Sequence record: SRR31156797_1290 | Strand: one strand, 5' to 3' | Length of the DNA: 42,818 nucleotides | Shown: positions 1 through 11,249 of the stretch, piece by piece | How the letters are laid out: each line of letters starts with the position of its first letter | Numbering within the stretch: the first letter of the stretch is position 1 | Notes under the pieces: generated by a model | What the model was told of the DNA's origin: nothing | The model's database searches: none | The model's input: the letters and a program-made list of their open reading frames with translations, nothing else | Program-made: the position numbers and the translations under genes

Positions 1-2256
1 ATAGGCAAAGTTTTCGAGCCATTTGTTCATAACATACCAGGAAATTGGACAGGCTGGTACAAAAGCAATCAATACCAGTTTGGAAAAATCTTGATTGAGC
101 ATTTTAATGATTTCGTGAGTTTTAGCTCCATTGGCTTTTCGAACTCCAATTTCCTTTATTCTTTGTTTTCCAATAAAGAGAGACAAGCCTAATAAACCAA
201 GGCTGGCGATTAGTATGGCAATAAATGCTAGCAAACCAATGGTTTTCGAAAATTGAATTTCAGATTGGTACAGCTCGTTAAGAGCATCATCGGTAAAAGT
301 GATATCAAAAGCTTGTTCATTCTCGAATGATTCCCAGGTATTTCTAATTTGACCGATGGTGTTGTGGATATTATTAGTTGAAATGCGAATAACCATTTGT
401 TTGCTTGATGAAGGAGATAAAGCCAATAGCATCGGTGGAATTTCATCCGTCAAAGAAAACATGTGAAAATCGTCAATAAGTCCACGTACTATTCCAAAGT
501 TGGTTTTTTTACCAATTAAATCCGTTAAACCTAAGGCATTGGCAGCCGATTGATTTACTAAAACACCCGATTGATGTTTTTCAATCTGAAAATCTTCTCC
601 TAAGAGAATTTTGATTCCCATTGTTTTTGCAAAATCATAATCTACAAACAAACCAGATACTGAAACGTCCTCATCTGGTCGATCAAAACGTTTAATTCCC
701 ATATACATTTGATTGCTTGTTGGCGGAAGCCACATTGCAGAACTTACCGATTTTACAGATGGTATTTTTAGTAATTTTTGCTTTAAAATATCTTTATTCC
801 TATCTCCAATATTTACACTTACCAATTCGTCTTTGGCAAAGCCCAAATCCTTAGTAAAAGCATAGTTTACTTGCTTTTGAATAACAAAGGTGGAGGAAAG
901 TAAAACGATGAAAATCAAAATTTGAAAAACAATCATTGCTTTTTGCAATGTGAATTTTTGATTTTGACCCGCTTTTGTTCCTTTAAGCATAATGGTTAAT
1001 TGCGATTGTTTAAATCTTAAGAATGTTGCACCAGCAGTAATTAAACCAGTCACAATGGTTAAGGCGATTAGAATGCTGAATCCTGCTATAAAATTTGCAT
1101 CAATTTGCAGTGAATAGGATTTACCCAATAACTCACTAATAAAAGGCAAGGAAACTTGTGCCAAAGCAATGGCAAACGGTAAGGCAAGTAAGGATAATAA
1201 GCAGTAATCGAATAATAATTGTTGAAGAATATCTTTTTGGGAGGCTCCAAATGTTTTCCTAACAGCAAAACTTTTTAATCGGGTTATGGCTTGTGCTAAT
1301 GCCAGGTTTAGATAATTAATGCAGGCTACAATTAGAATCAAGAATCCGATACTACCCAATACAAATAGCATTTTTAAATCTCCAGAATCGGTTTTATGAT
1401 TGTCAATATATCCACCTGATTTAAAGTACACATCCTTTAAGGCTTGAGCAGATAGTGTGTATTTTTTCTTGCTATTGGAATATTCATTTCCCAATTGTAA
1501 TAGCTTTTCCTGGAAAGATGGAATTGATGCAGATTCACTAATTAACAGGTAGTTGGTAAAGAATACACTAGTCCAGGCATCCTTCATGTTTTTTCGATCT
1601 ACCTGATTTCCACCTGTAATTATGTTTTTTTCTAAATCATCAAATGCAATATCCGTATTCACAATAAAATCGGCTTTTACACTTGTGTTGTTTGGAATGT
1701 CTTCAAAAATTGCAGCAACCTGCATGTGATAATCCAGGTTATTCAATTTCATTTTTAATGGTTTACCGACAGGATTTTCACGACCAAAATATTTTTTAGC
1801 CATTGCAGCACTTAATAAAATTTGATCTTTGGTTTCATCAAATGCATGTAGTTTACCTTGTAGAATTTTAACACCAAAAACAGTAAAAAAAGAACTGTCA
1901 GTTCCCAATACCGATTCTTCTTCTATCAACTCATTGTTTTTCTGAAATTGAGTGCCGTATATATTGTACTGATGAGTGGCAGCGATTACCTCCGAAAATT
2001 TTTCTTTGGCAAGCTGACCAATCTGGTATGGATTCGTTGCCCAATATTTATTTTCAATTTTGCTGTGATTTAAAACTCTGTAAATACGATCCTTATTTTT
2101 ATAAAAGCTATTGTAATTCAGTTCATTTAAGATGAACACGAGTACAATAGTTACAATACTTAAGGCCAATACAAGTCCGGTTAGGCTGATAAGTGTATTT
2201 ACTTTTTCAGATCTAAATCGTCTGATACTGATAATTATATTCTGATAGAAACTCAT
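1..2256 (-). CDS. ABC transporter permease, MacB/FtsX family (3' end runs off the window)
   Basis: Not in the ORF track because there is no stop in the window. Hand translation from ATG 2256 gives MSFYQNIIISIRRFRSEKVNTLISLTGLVLAL..., contains LIVACINYLNL and EIGVRKANGA, and reaches MNKWLENFAY in the same frame at the window edge. Paralogous to 2279..4645. Confidence 0.9.
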   Translation of the reverse strand, partial: MSFYQNIIISIRRFRSEKVNTLISLTGLVLALSIVTIVLVFILNELNYNSFYKNKDRIYRVLNHSKIENKYWATNPYQIGQLAKEKFSEVIAATHQYNIYGTQFQKNNELIEEESVLGTDSSFFTVFGVKILQGKLHAFDETKDQILLSAAMAKKYFGRENPVGKPLKMKLNNLDYHMQVAAIFEDIPNNTSVKADFIVNTDIAFDDLEKNIITGGNQVDRKNMKDAWTSVFFTNYLLISESASIPSFQEKLLQLGNEYSNSKKKYTLSAQALKDVYFKSGGYIDNHKTDSGDLKMLFVLGSIGFLILIVACINYLNLALAQAITRLKSFAVRKTFGASQKDILQQLLFDYCLLSLLALPFAIALAQVSLPFISELLGKSYSLQIDANFIAGFSILIALTIVTGLITAGATFLRFKQSQLTIMLKGTKAGQNQKFTLQKAMIVFQILIFIVLLSSTFVIQKQVNYAFTKDLGFAKDELVSVNIGDRNKDILKQKLLKIPSVKSVSSAMWLPPTSNQMYMGIKRFDRPDEDVSVSGLFVDYDFAKTMGIKILLGEDFQIEKHQSGVLVNQSAANALGLTDLIGKKTNFGIVRGLIDDFHMFSLTDEIPPMLLALSPSSSKQMVIRISTNNIHNTIGQIRNTWESFENEQAFDITFTDDALNELYQSEIQFSKTIGLLAFIAILIASLGLLGLSLFIGKQRIKEIGVRKANGAKTHEIIKMLNQDFSKLVLIAFVPACPISWYVMNKWLENFAY

Positions 2257-2278
2257 AGTTATTATTGGGTTTTATTAC

Positions 2279-4645
2279 TTATTCATACCTTAAACTTTCC
2301 ACCGGATTCATTTTAGCCGCTCTCCACGATTGCCACGAAACAGTTAGCAATGCAATTCCCAATGCAATGATTCCCGCTACTGGAAATATCCACAAGCTAA
2401 ATTCCGTTTTGTAAGCAAATGCACTCAGCCATTTACTTAGCGAAAACCATGCTATCGGACAAGCAATTAGGAATGCAATTCCTACCCACTTTACCAGATC
2501 TTTATTGAGCATCTTTACAATTTCTAAAGTTTTGGCGCCATTGGTTTTTCTTATTCCAATCTCCTTCGTGTGTGTCTCAACAATAAAATAGGTTAAACTG
2601 ATTAAGCCCAAACAGGATAGAAGTATTGAGATAACAGTGGCATAATTCAATATCCTCTGAAACTGTCTCTCTTTTTGGTATAATGCTTCCCAAGATTCAT
2701 CCAGATAGTTAATTTCCATTGGAAAATTTGGTGAAATATTACTCCAAACTCTTTCCATGGATCGAATGCAATTTTCGGTACTTGTTATATTCGAAGTATT
2801 GATTTTAAAATATGCCACTTCATCTGATTTACCACAGCTGCGAAAGCCCATTGCTCTAATAAGAGAATGTGTTGATTCATGATTGAAATCTTTAACCTCT
2901 GCGATTACTTTTCCAATTGTGCCATTGTTAGAAATGTTTGCATCTTCCAGAACTTGTATATTAAATTTTTTGATAGCTGTTGAATTGAAAATCCAATCTT
3001 CATTTTCTTCCGAGTATTGATTGAATTGCTTTCCTCTTACCAGATCGATTCCGAAAAAGTCGAAAAAATTAGGACTGATGAACAAATTTGCAAAACCTAT
3101 TTTTTGCTCTTCTCCATTGTATATCATTGGTAACCCCCAGTTGGAATGATTGTATCCTGGTAAAGAAGATGAATAAGTAATGTCAACTATTTCCGGAATT
3201 CGTTTGATTTCAGAATTGAAGGCATCTATGCCATTTTTTATTTGAGGATTGGTTGTGACATAAAGAATTTGCTCTCTTTTAAAACCAGGATCCAATTCGC
3301 TCATGTAATTATTCTGTTTGTTAATAAGGATAATGCCACTTAGCAATACTATCGTTATACAGAATTGAAAAATCAGGAGTGAATTTCTCAAATAATTTTG
3401 CGATCGAGTATTTGTGGTATTTTTAAGTAGAGCTGTAGTTTTACTTTTACTCAATGATATCCCTGGAATAATACCAGTTAATAGAAAAGTAAAACTCAAT
3501 AATGAAATAAATATAATCAGGTTAGTACCAGTGAAAATTTCAGCTAATGTAAATTCAGAATTGGTGATTTGATTTAAACCAATCAAAAGAAAATTACTTA
3601 AAACAATAACCAGAATGCTGGTAATTAAAAGAACTAAGCCTGATTCAACTGCAATTAATTCAATTACTTTGCCTTTTTTACCTCCCAATACTTTTAAGAT
3701 TCCAATATTTCTTAAACGTTTTATTTTTTGAGCAGTAACCAGGTTAATGTAATTGATACACGCCAAAAAAAGAATCAAAAATCCTGTAATTTGGATAATG
3801 GTTAAGGTAAGTAGATTACCATGTTTTATAATTTCAATTTCAGGATGCTGACTATAGGATTGGGTGAAGGGTTGAATTTTAAATTTTGTACGTTCTTTAT
3901 AACTTTCGGGTATATTTTCAACTGAGATATTTCTTAATTTTTTATTAATGATCTCAGCAGAAATATTTGATGGAGTTTTTGCGAAAGCATTATAGTTTTG
4001 AGCTCCCCAATATTCATGATTGTTCTTAAACCAATTAATTTTAAAATTGGTAGGAACAGATAAAACAGCATCAAACTCCCAGGAACATTTGTGCGATAAG
4101 TTCTTAATTACCGCACCAACTTCTATTATTTCATTCTGTAAGTAGGTTGCGTTGTATTCCAGCTCTTTACCTATTGGATTTTTAGTTCCAAATATCTTTT
4201 TGGCTACCGATTCGGTCAATACAATTTTGTTTGCCGAACTTAAAGCCTCTTCTAGATTTCCATACACAGTTTCGAACTCAAATACCTTGAAAAAACAGGA
4301 GTCCGCGATTAATAGCTTATTTAATTTAAGATCAACATTTTTAAACTTAATGAAATTCTGAGGAGACCAAACATATCTTGCATAAGTGATCGCTTCTATC
4401 TCTGGAATTTCTTTACGAATATGTCTGGTCATTCTGCTTGATAAGTCAGGATCATTGTTGTTTAAAACAGTATAAATGTTTTCAACATCAGCAATCTCCT
4501 GATCCATGGTTTTCTCTTTATTCACATATGAAAAAACCAGTAAACTAATGGTTATTCCTAATGCCAATCCACCTATGTTAATCGCAGATACCAGTTTGTT
4601 TTTCTGTAAATTTTTAAAAGATATTTTAAGGTTATGTAAGTTCAT
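2279..4645 (-). CDS. ABC transporter permease, MacB/FtsX family
   Basis: 788 aa with two MacB_PCD/FtsX halves; motifs LACINYINL, KEIGIRKTNGA and C-terminal AAKMNPVESLRYE. Confidence 0.93.
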   Translation of the reverse strand: MNLHNLKISFKNLQKNKLVSAINIGGLALGITISLLVFSYVNKEKTMDQEIADVENIYTVLNNNDPDLSSRMTRHIRKEIPEIEAITYARYVWSPQNFIKFKNVDLKLNKLLIADSCFFKVFEFETVYGNLEEALSSANKIVLTESVAKKIFGTKNPIGKELEYNATYLQNEIIEVGAVIKNLSHKCSWEFDAVLSVPTNFKINWFKNNHEYWGAQNYNAFAKTPSNISAEIINKKLRNISVENIPESYKERTKFKIQPFTQSYSQHPEIEIIKHGNLLTLTIIQITGFLILFLACINYINLVTAQKIKRLRNIGILKVLGGKKGKVIELIAVESGLVLLITSILVIVLSNFLLIGLNQITNSEFTLAEIFTGTNLIIFISLLSFTFLLTGIIPGISLSKSKTTALLKNTTNTRSQNYLRNSLLIFQFCITIVLLSGIILINKQNNYMSELDPGFKREQILYVTTNPQIKNGIDAFNSEIKRIPEIVDITYSSSLPGYNHSNWGLPMIYNGEEQKIGFANLFISPNFFDFFGIDLVRGKQFNQYSEENEDWIFNSTAIKKFNIQVLEDANISNNGTIGKVIAEVKDFNHESTHSLIRAMGFRSCGKSDEVAYFKINTSNITSTENCIRSMERVWSNISPNFPMEINYLDESWEALYQKERQFQRILNYATVISILLSCLGLISLTYFIVETHTKEIGIRKTNGAKTLEIVKMLNKDLVKWVGIAFLIACPIAWFSLSKWLSAFAYKTEFSLWIFPVAGIIALGIALLTVSWQSWRAAKMNPVESLRYE

Positions 4646-4767
4646 CTTTGCAGATATTTATAAGTAAGTTTTATCTGTTTGTATTAGATAGTTTCCATGC
4701 AAATTTCTAATTCTCCACAGGATTTCATTTGGCTATTCTGTGCCTTTGCGGAGCTTATCACACTATG

Positions 4768-5457
4768 CTAGGCATGCTCTGCTACCAAACTCTCTTCCGT
4801 TACAACCTTACCGTCAAATAGGTTGATAATTCTATGGGCATAACCAGCATCTTTTAAGGAGTGAGTAACCATTACAATGGTTGTTCCTTCGCGGTTTAGT
4901 TCGGTTAAAAGATCCATTACTTCTTGTCCATTTTTTGAATCAAGATTACCCGTTGGCTCATCAGCAAGAATTAATCCTGGGTTAGAAACTACCGCACGTG
5001 CAATGGCAACTCGCTGCTGTTGTCCACCCGATAATTGCTGAGGGTAATGTTGTGCACGATGGCTCATGTTCATTCTATCCAGAACCTTATTCACCATCTC
5101 TTTACGCTTTTTACTGCTAATGCGCTGATATACCAAAGGCATTTCAACATTTTCGAATACATTCAGTTCATCAATAAGGTTGAAACTCTGAAAAACAAAA
5201 CCTATGTTTCCTTTTCTTAAATCGGTACGTTGTCCTTCTTTCAATCCAGCAACTTCCGTTTTATCAAATGTATATTGTCCTTCCGATGGATTATCCAATA
5301 AGCCAAGAATGTTTAGAAGCGTTGATTTACCACATCCAGATGGTCCCATAATGGCAGCAAATTCACCTGATTTAATGTGAAGGTTTACATTGTTTAAAGC
5401 TAAAGTTTCAATCTCATCCGTCTGAAATACTTTCGAAAGTTGTTTTGTTGTAATCAT
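4768..5457 (-). CDS. ABC transporter ATP-binding protein (LolD/MacB-like)
   Basis: Walker [10 protein letters not shown], signature [14 protein letters not shown], Walker [13 protein letters not shown]-loop VTH. Confidence 0.96.
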   Translation of the reverse strand: MITTKQLSKVFQTDEIETLALNNVNLHIKSGEFAAIMGPSGCGKSTLLNILGLLDNPSEGQYTFDKTEVAGLKEGQRTDLRKGNIGFVFQSFNLIDELNVFENVEMPLVYQRISSKKRKEMVNKVLDRMNMSHRAQHYPQQLSGGQQQRVAIARAVVSNPGLILADEPTGNLDSKNGQEVMDLLTELNREGTTIVMVTHSLKDAGYAHRIINLFDGKVVTEESLVAEHA

Positions 5458-5505
5458 CTTTATTGTTTTAAATTGAAAATTCTTTGTTAATTATTGATCA
5501 TACAT

Positions 5506-5521
5506 ATCTAAAGTTGTGCCG
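5506..5521 (-). promoter_or_regulatory. Putative sigma-54 (-24/-12) promoter of the ABC exporter operon
   Basis: Minus strand CGGCACAACTTTAGAT = GG-N10-GA (non-canonical -12), about 50 nt upstream of the ATPase start and adjacent to a sigma-54 activator gene. Confidence 0.5.
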
Positions 5522-5575
5522 TTAGTTGTAAGTTGCACTTTATTAGTTGGATGCACGCTTCATTAAATTGTAGTG

Positions 5576-5614
5576 TGTAAAATAATTGGACATAGTATGT
5601 CTAATATTTTGAAA
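5576..5614. promoter_or_regulatory. Putative tandem enhancer sites for the NtrC-family activator
   Basis: TGT-N11-ACA (5576-5592) and TGT-N11-AAA (5598-5614), 22 bp apart, upstream of the putative sigma-54 promoter. Confidence 0.4.
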
Positions 5615-5670
5615 AGCTGATTAAATTAGAGCTGCAATCAAAAAGTACAAGTCAAACGCAATATTTTCCA

Positions 5671-7035
5671 ATGAAAAAATCCAATATTCTAATTGTAGAT
5701 GACAATAAAAGTGTGTTAAGTGCACTTGATCTATTATTGTCTCCTTACTGCAAGAACCTAAAATGTTTATCATCACCGAAAATTTTACTGTCCGAACTTC
5801 AATCGGAGCACTACGATGTGGTATTGTTGGATATGAATTTTAAGGCGGGTATCAACAATGGAAATGAGGGTATCTTTTGGTTGAATGAAATATTATCTCA
5901 AAACCCTGGCATTAGTGTAATCATGATTACTGCCTATGGAGATGTTGAATTGGCGGTAAAAGCAGTTCGATCGGGAGCTACTGATTTTGTGTTGAAGCCA
6001 TGGGAAAATGAAAAAATGATTGCTACAGTTGATACGGCTTGTAAATTGAGTCAATCGAAGAAAGAGGTTCGAAATTTACAACTAAAGGAGAAGCAACTGA
6101 TTGAAGAAATCAACGGTCACAATAAAGATTTGATAGGCTCATCTCCAGCTTGGGGACGAGTTTTAAATTTGGTGCAAAAGGTGGCTAAAACCAATGCCAA
6201 TGTTTTGATAACAGGTGAAAATGGAACAGGAAAAGAGTTGGTGGCTAAGGAAATTCATCGCTTGTCAATAAGATCAAAAAGAGTAATGGTAAGTGTAGAT
6301 ATGGGCTCCATTGCTGAGTCCTTATTCGAAAGTGAATTGTTTGGGCATAAGAAGGGAGCTTTTACCGATGCACATTCCGATAGAATGGGAAAGATTGAAG
6401 CTGCTAACCGGGGAACACTTTTTCTTGATGAAATAGGCAACTTAACTATGCCAATGCAGGCAAAACTGCTTTCGGTATTGCAAAACAGAATATTAACTCG
6501 CGTAGGAGACAATTCTATTCAGGAAGTTGATCTACGTTTGGTTTGCGCTACCAATAGTAATTTGCAGCAAATGGTGAATGAGGGTCGATTTCGTGAGGAT
6601 TTATTATACCGAATAAACACCATACAGATTGAGTTGCCACCTTTACGCGAGCGGGTAGAAGATATAGAGGAATTGGCGAATTTCTTCATCTTAAAATATG
6701 CTGATAAATACAATAAGAATCAATTAAAAATTAGTGCGAACGGAATCAGTAAACTGAAAGATTATCACTGGCCTGGTAATGTGAGGGAATTGCAGCATGC
6801 AATTGAAAAGGCAGTTATTCTTAGCGAAAACCATGTGTTGAATGGCTCTGATTTTATTTTTAAAACGGATGAAATTTCTGGAGTCAATCGTTTTGATGGA
6901 ACCTTAGAGGAGATGGAAAGAAAATTGATAGGCGCTGCCATTGAAAAGCAAGCAGGAAATTTATCTGCGGTTTCAAACCAGTTGGGAATAAGTCGACAAA
7001 CGCTTTACAATAAAATAAAAAAGTATGACCTATAA
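5671..7035 (+). CDS. Sigma-54-dependent response regulator (NtrC family; REC-AAA+-Fis HTH)
   Basis: Receiver (LIVDD...LLDMN), Walker A GENGTGKE, ESELFGHKKGAFTDA, LFLDEIG, WPGNVREL, C-terminal LGISRQTLYNKIKKY. Confidence 0.96.
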   Translation: MKKSNILIVDDNKSVLSALDLLLSPYCKNLKCLSSPKILLSELQSEHYDVVLLDMNFKAGINNGNEGIFWLNEILSQNPGISVIMITAYGDVELAVKAVRSGATDFVLKPWENEKMIATVDTACKLSQSKKEVRNLQLKEKQLIEEINGHNKDLIGSSPAWGRVLNLVQKVAKTNANVLITGENGTGKELVAKEIHRLSIRSKRVMVSVDMGSIAESLFESELFGHKKGAFTDAHSDRMGKIEAANRGTLFLDEIGNLTMPMQAKLLSVLQNRILTRVGDNSIQEVDLRLVCATNSNLQQMVNEGRFREDLLYRINTIQIELPPLRERVEDIEELANFFILKYADKYNKNQLKISANGISKLKDYHWPGNVRELQHAIEKAVILSENHVLNGSDFIFKTDEISGVNRFDGTLEEMERKLIGAAIEKQAGNLSAVSNQLGISRQTLYNKIKKYDL

Positions 7036-8368
7036 GCACTATAATCTTGCTCTCACATTTCGATTGGCAATATTGGTAGGATCTTCTGCTTGGATTGGAA
7101 TTACCATCGTTGATAAAGCCTATTATTCCTTAGCCTTTGCTTCTGTGTTCTTGCTGATATCCATTTGGGTTTTAATTCGATTTTTGAATAAAACACACAA
7201 GCAGATGGATTTCTTTATCAAGGCAATTAAGAATGAGGATACCACACTTAGGTTTCCCCAGAAATCGGGGAATCTTATTATAAATGAATTGCATCAAAGT
7301 TTAAACGAACTGAATTTTATTTTGCAGGAAGTACAGGTAAAATCAAAAATAAAAGAAAAATATTTTGGCGAGATTTTACAGAACATTTCAACAGGAGTAG
7401 TTGTTTTGTCGGAGCAAACACATGTTACCGATGTAAATGCAGCCGCTCTGGAGTTGTTTGGATTGAAAACCTTCACTCACATTAGTCAGTTGAATCGGAT
7501 TGATTCTAAGTTTGCCGCAGATCTTGCAGGCATTCAGAACAAGCAAAAAGTAGTTCTTGATTTAAATACAAGCAAAGAGCAAATTCAAATCAATACAGCT
7601 TGTTCCGAAATCAACCTCGAGAACGAAAAAGTAAAGTTGATTACTCTTCAGGATATTAGAGGGGAATTGGAACGAAAAGAGATTGATGCCTGGGTAAAAT
7701 TGATTCGGGTTTTGAGTCATGAAATCATGAATTCACTCGCTCCTGTTACCTCTATCGCACAATCCTTAAAGAAAATATGGGAAGAGCAAATAGAGAGTGA
7801 GGATTCGAATTTACCCGAAATAAAAGTCGCCAAAACCGTAAGTGGCTTGGGTGTGATTACTGAAATGAGTGAAGCATTGATCCGATTTGTTCAATCGTAT
7901 AGAGTTTTGTCTAAAGCACCAAAACCAGTACTGTCAAAAATTCAAGCACAATCCTTTATCGATAGATTAAGTATCCTCTTATCTCCAATAAAAGAAGATT
8001 TTGAGGGAAGCTTGCGGGTAAATTTACCGGCTAAAAACTTTGAGTTTATTGCCGATGAACAAATGATGATACAGGTAATTATCAATTTGGTAAACAACTC
8101 CCGAGAAGCATTTAACGGAGAGGCAGAAAGCTCAAAGATCGATATCAATCTAATTAAAAAAGGACAGTTTACCGAGATTAGAGTTAGCGATAATGGACCG
8201 GGTATACCTGAGGAAATTAGCGATGAAATATTCATTCCTTTCTTTACCACCAAGCAAAAAGGATCGGGTATTGGTTTGAGTTATTCCCGTCAGATTATTA
8301 GAGCCCATGGCGGTAGTTTGTTCTGCAAATCTAAAGAAGGGGAGACGGTATTTACCATTAAAATTTGA
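7025..8368 (+). CDS. Membrane sensor histidine kinase (NtrY-like, PAS + HATPase)
   Basis: Two N-terminal TM helices; H-box LSHEIMNSLAP, N-box NLVNNS, DNGPGI, FIPFFTTK, GSGIGLS; overlaps the regulator stop. Confidence 0.95.
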   Translation: MTYKHYNLALTFRLAILVGSSAWIGITIVDKAYYSLAFASVFLLISIWVLIRFLNKTHKQMDFFIKAIKNEDTTLRFPQKSGNLIINELHQSLNELNFILQEVQVKSKIKEKYFGEILQNISTGVVVLSEQTHVTDVNAAALELFGLKTFTHISQLNRIDSKFAADLAGIQNKQKVVLDLNTSKEQIQINTACSEINLENEKVKLITLQDIRGELERKEIDAWVKLIRVLSHEIMNSLAPVTSIAQSLKKIWEEQIESEDSNLPEIKVAKTVSGLGVITEMSEALIRFVQSYRVLSKAPKPVLSKIQAQSFIDRLSILLSPIKEDFEGSLRVNLPAKNFEFIADEQMMIQVIINLVNNSREAFNGEAESSKIDINLIKKGQFTEIRVSDNGPGIPEEISDEIFIPFFTTKQKGSGIGLSYSRQIIRAHGGSLFCKSKEGETVFTIKI

Positions 8369-8687
8369 TAAAAAATTGTTTAGAAATGTTCTAAATTTTA
8401 AGGATCTTAAATTGAAAGTTTTATAGTATAATCTAAGCATAAGTAGAGTTTTATAGCGTGTAATTTCAAATTTTATATTTAGGATTGTAGTTTTATATGT
8501 TTTCTTTTTGAATGTATTTTGTTAGTTTAGAGAAGGATGTGATCCTGTGTCTGAATTCACAAATCAAAGCCTAATAAAAGAGATTGAACTTTTAATGATT
8601 AAGAAGATATCATTTAGTACTTATAATAACTTGTTTCTTGCGGTAATTTCTCATTCGATGATAAACAAATGTATTTAAATCTTACTT

Positions 8688-10949
8688 ATGCGATTACTGA
8701 TTCTGCTTTTTTACTTTCTTATTTTATGCTTCAATTCTTATGCAATTGAAAAAAAAGATAGTTTGTATTTTAATTTAATAGGATCGTCAAAACATAATTT
8801 TACCGATAAATTTTACTACGACAATTATATTGTAGAAGGATTAGAACTGGTTGCTCAGGATAGTATTGGGTCTGGTTTGTTGAAATTATCCAAAGGATTA
8901 AAATTAAAGGCAGAACAAGAAAATATTGATAGAGTACAGAATTACCTGGGAATTGAGATTACTACTTTCGTACATATGGCAGTTGATTCAAGTTCAACTT
9001 TGGAGCAGAGAGAGCTACTACTGGATTTTTTCTCACACCTTTTTAAATACGAAAAAGAAGATTTAGAGAGGAAAATTAATATTAATTGGAAAAAAGCAGA
9101 TCATCCACTTACACAGTTACGACTGCAACTTTTGTGGGCATATGTGAAAGAAGATATGAGATTGGTTGAGAAATATTTAACAAAAGTATTAAAGCTTAAT
9201 CCTACCCTTTTATCTGCCAACATACTTAAAGCCAACATTTACTTATACAGAAAAATGTGGGTTGAGAGTGAAACATTCTACTCGAGGGCTATTGAACGAT
9301 CTCCGAATTATGCCTATGCATATATGGCCAGAGGTTTATGCTTTTTTCAACTCAAAGAAATGGAAAAGGCTAAATCTGACCTTGAGTTTTCTGTGAAGTT
9401 ATTTCCTAATTTCACAACTGCATGGTCAAAGCTTGGAACTTTTTATCTTGATCAGAAGTTGTATAGAGAGTCAATTAATGCGACTAAAAAAGCTCTTAGC
9501 TTGTCGCCGGAAAGAACGAGGTGGAACAATAGGATAGGATTGGGGTATGCCGGATTAAAGAGTGTAGATAGTGCGTTAATTTATTATAACAAGGCATTGG
9601 ATCGAGATTCAAAACAACCTTGGGTGCACAGCAATATGGGAAATGTTCTTTATGAAAATAAGAAGTACAAGGAAGCAATTCCTCATTATACCCAATCGAT
9701 AAAATTATTGCCTAAAAATCCTTTTTATTATGCTGATAGAGGAGATGCTTACTTTTATTTAGGTGAATTGCAAAAGGCAATTAACGACTTTGAAAAGGCA
9801 TTTGATCTTCAGTCATATTATATCTATCCTTTAAAACGAATAGGTGATTGTTACGCCAAGAATAAGAATTATGAGAGTTCTTTATTTTTTTACAACAAGG
9901 CCATAAAAATAAACCCTAATTATCTTGAGGCTCATAACAAAAGAGGGGATGCACTAAAAGCTCTGAAAAAATACTACAAAGCCAAATTAGATTACTCTAA
10001 ATGTATAAAAATTGATCCTGAATATGTTGAATCGTATATGAATAGAGCTGATTTATATAGCTTGCAAGAGGATTATATTGCGGCAATTAAGGATTACAGG
10101 CAGGTAATCACTATCGATAAAAATAATCTGATTGCAAAATTAAGGATGGCGAAATGTTTTTTTAAATCTGAGGATTATGAAAGAGCCATTGATGCTTATA
10201 ATCAGGTTATAGAATTTGATTCAACTAGTTATAGAGCCTTTCTAAATCGAGGACGATTGTATGATAAACTAAATAAGCCAAAGAGTGCATTTAAGGATTT
10301 TTCAAAATATATTCAACTAAAACCTGATCAATATGGTTATTGGTTAAGAGGTAATGTAGGCATGAAAATTAAAAATTATGCAGTTGCAATAAAAGATTTT
10401 GAAAAGGTTCTTGAATTTGATGTTAGTAATGCTTCAGCTTATGAGAAAATTGGCATTGCAAATTTCAATCTTGGAAATTTTGATGAGGCAATTAAATACT
10501 TTAATAAGTGTTTGCACTTGAATCCGAAGTCAATAAATGGACACATTAAGATTGCTAAATGTTATGTGAAAATTGGAGATTATAAATTGGCGAAGTGGCA
10601 TAATAGAATTGTTATTCAACTTGATATGAATAATTCTGTGGCTTATACAGGCTTGGGGTGGAGTTTCTACAATACAAATGAATACTCAAAATGCATAGTT
10701 TATTCCAAAAGAGCTATAGAGTTAAATGATTTGTGCTATATGGCAGGATTTAATATGGCATTGGCAACTTTACGGTTGGGATACATAAAGGAGGCTGAGA
10801 AATTGTATGCCAAATACTATCAATTGGCAAAAAATGATTCAGAAATTAAAGTAAAAGCAATTCAGGATTTGAATGATTTGATAGATAAAAATATTCTTGT
10901 CTCTGAAAGCAGATCTATTCTTCAGGAAATCCTAAAAGCGAAACTTTAA
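8688..10949 (+). CDS. Exported tetratricopeptide repeat protein
   Basis: Signal peptide followed by many 34-aa TPR units (e.g. AYMARGLCFFQLKEMEKAKSDLEFSVKLFP). Confidence 0.9.
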   Translation: MRLLILLFYFLILCFNSYAIEKKDSLYFNLIGSSKHNFTDKFYYDNYIVEGLELVAQDSIGSGLLKLSKGLKLKAEQENIDRVQNYLGIEITTFVHMAVDSSSTLEQRELLLDFFSHLFKYEKEDLERKININWKKADHPLTQLRLQLLWAYVKEDMRLVEKYLTKVLKLNPTLLSANILKANIYLYRKMWVESETFYSRAIERSPNYAYAYMARGLCFFQLKEMEKAKSDLEFSVKLFPNFTTAWSKLGTFYLDQKLYRESINATKKALSLSPERTRWNNRIGLGYAGLKSVDSALIYYNKALDRDSKQPWVHSNMGNVLYENKKYKEAIPHYTQSIKLLPKNPFYYADRGDAYFYLGELQKAINDFEKAFDLQSYYIYPLKRIGDCYAKNKNYESSLFFYNKAIKINPNYLEAHNKRGDALKALKKYYKAKLDYSKCIKIDPEYVESYMNRADLYSLQEDYIAAIKDYRQVITIDKNNLIAKLRMAKCFFKSEDYERAIDAYNQVIEFDSTSYRAFLNRGRLYDKLNKPKSAFKDFSKYIQLKPDQYGYWLRGNVGMKIKNYAVAIKDFEKVLEFDVSNASAYEKIGIANFNLGNFDEAIKYFNKCLHLNPKSINGHIKIAKCYVKIGDYKLAKWHNRIVIQLDMNNSVAYTGLGWSFYNTNEYSKCIVYSKRAIELNDLCYMAGFNMALATLRLGYIKEAEKLYAKYYQLAKNDSEIKVKAIQDLNDLIDKNILVSESRSILQEILKAKL

Positions 10950-10961
10950 AAATTTTCTAAT

Positions 10962-11234
10962 ATGTCATACGCAGGTCATGTGTTGCAAATGATTCAGAGA
11001 ATGCGAGCAAATAGAGAGCAGCTTCATTCTCATAAGAAAAGTTACTCGGATAAATTTGATACCAATGGCAAGCATCGAACTATGGTGGAATACAAAAAAC
11101 TGCCTCCAGATGAATTGTTAAAAGTTAAAAGCAAAATTCGCAAAAGAGCCAGTAGGGATAAGCTACGTTACTACATTACAACAATTATTGTTTTTACTTT
11201 GGCAATGGTTGGATTGTTTTTTCTTTTAATCTAG
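10962..11234 (+). CDS. Small basic hypothetical protein with C-terminal TM helix
   Basis: 90-aa ORF tightly spaced between neighbours (12 and 15 nt gaps) with a hydrophobic C-terminus. Confidence 0.7.
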   Translation: MSYAGHVLQMIQRMRANREQLHSHKKSYSDKFDTNGKHRTMVEYKKLPPDELLKVKSKIRKRASRDKLRYYITTIIVFTLAMVGLFFLLI

Positions 11235-11249
11235 TGAATCAAAATACAG

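Noticed and set aside
661-679. TGAAACGTCCTCATCTGGT resembles both conserved ends of the MKRP leader joined without the hairpin
   Set aside because: Lies antisense within the ABC permease CDS (RPDEDVS), with no ATG and no hairpin; most likely chance.
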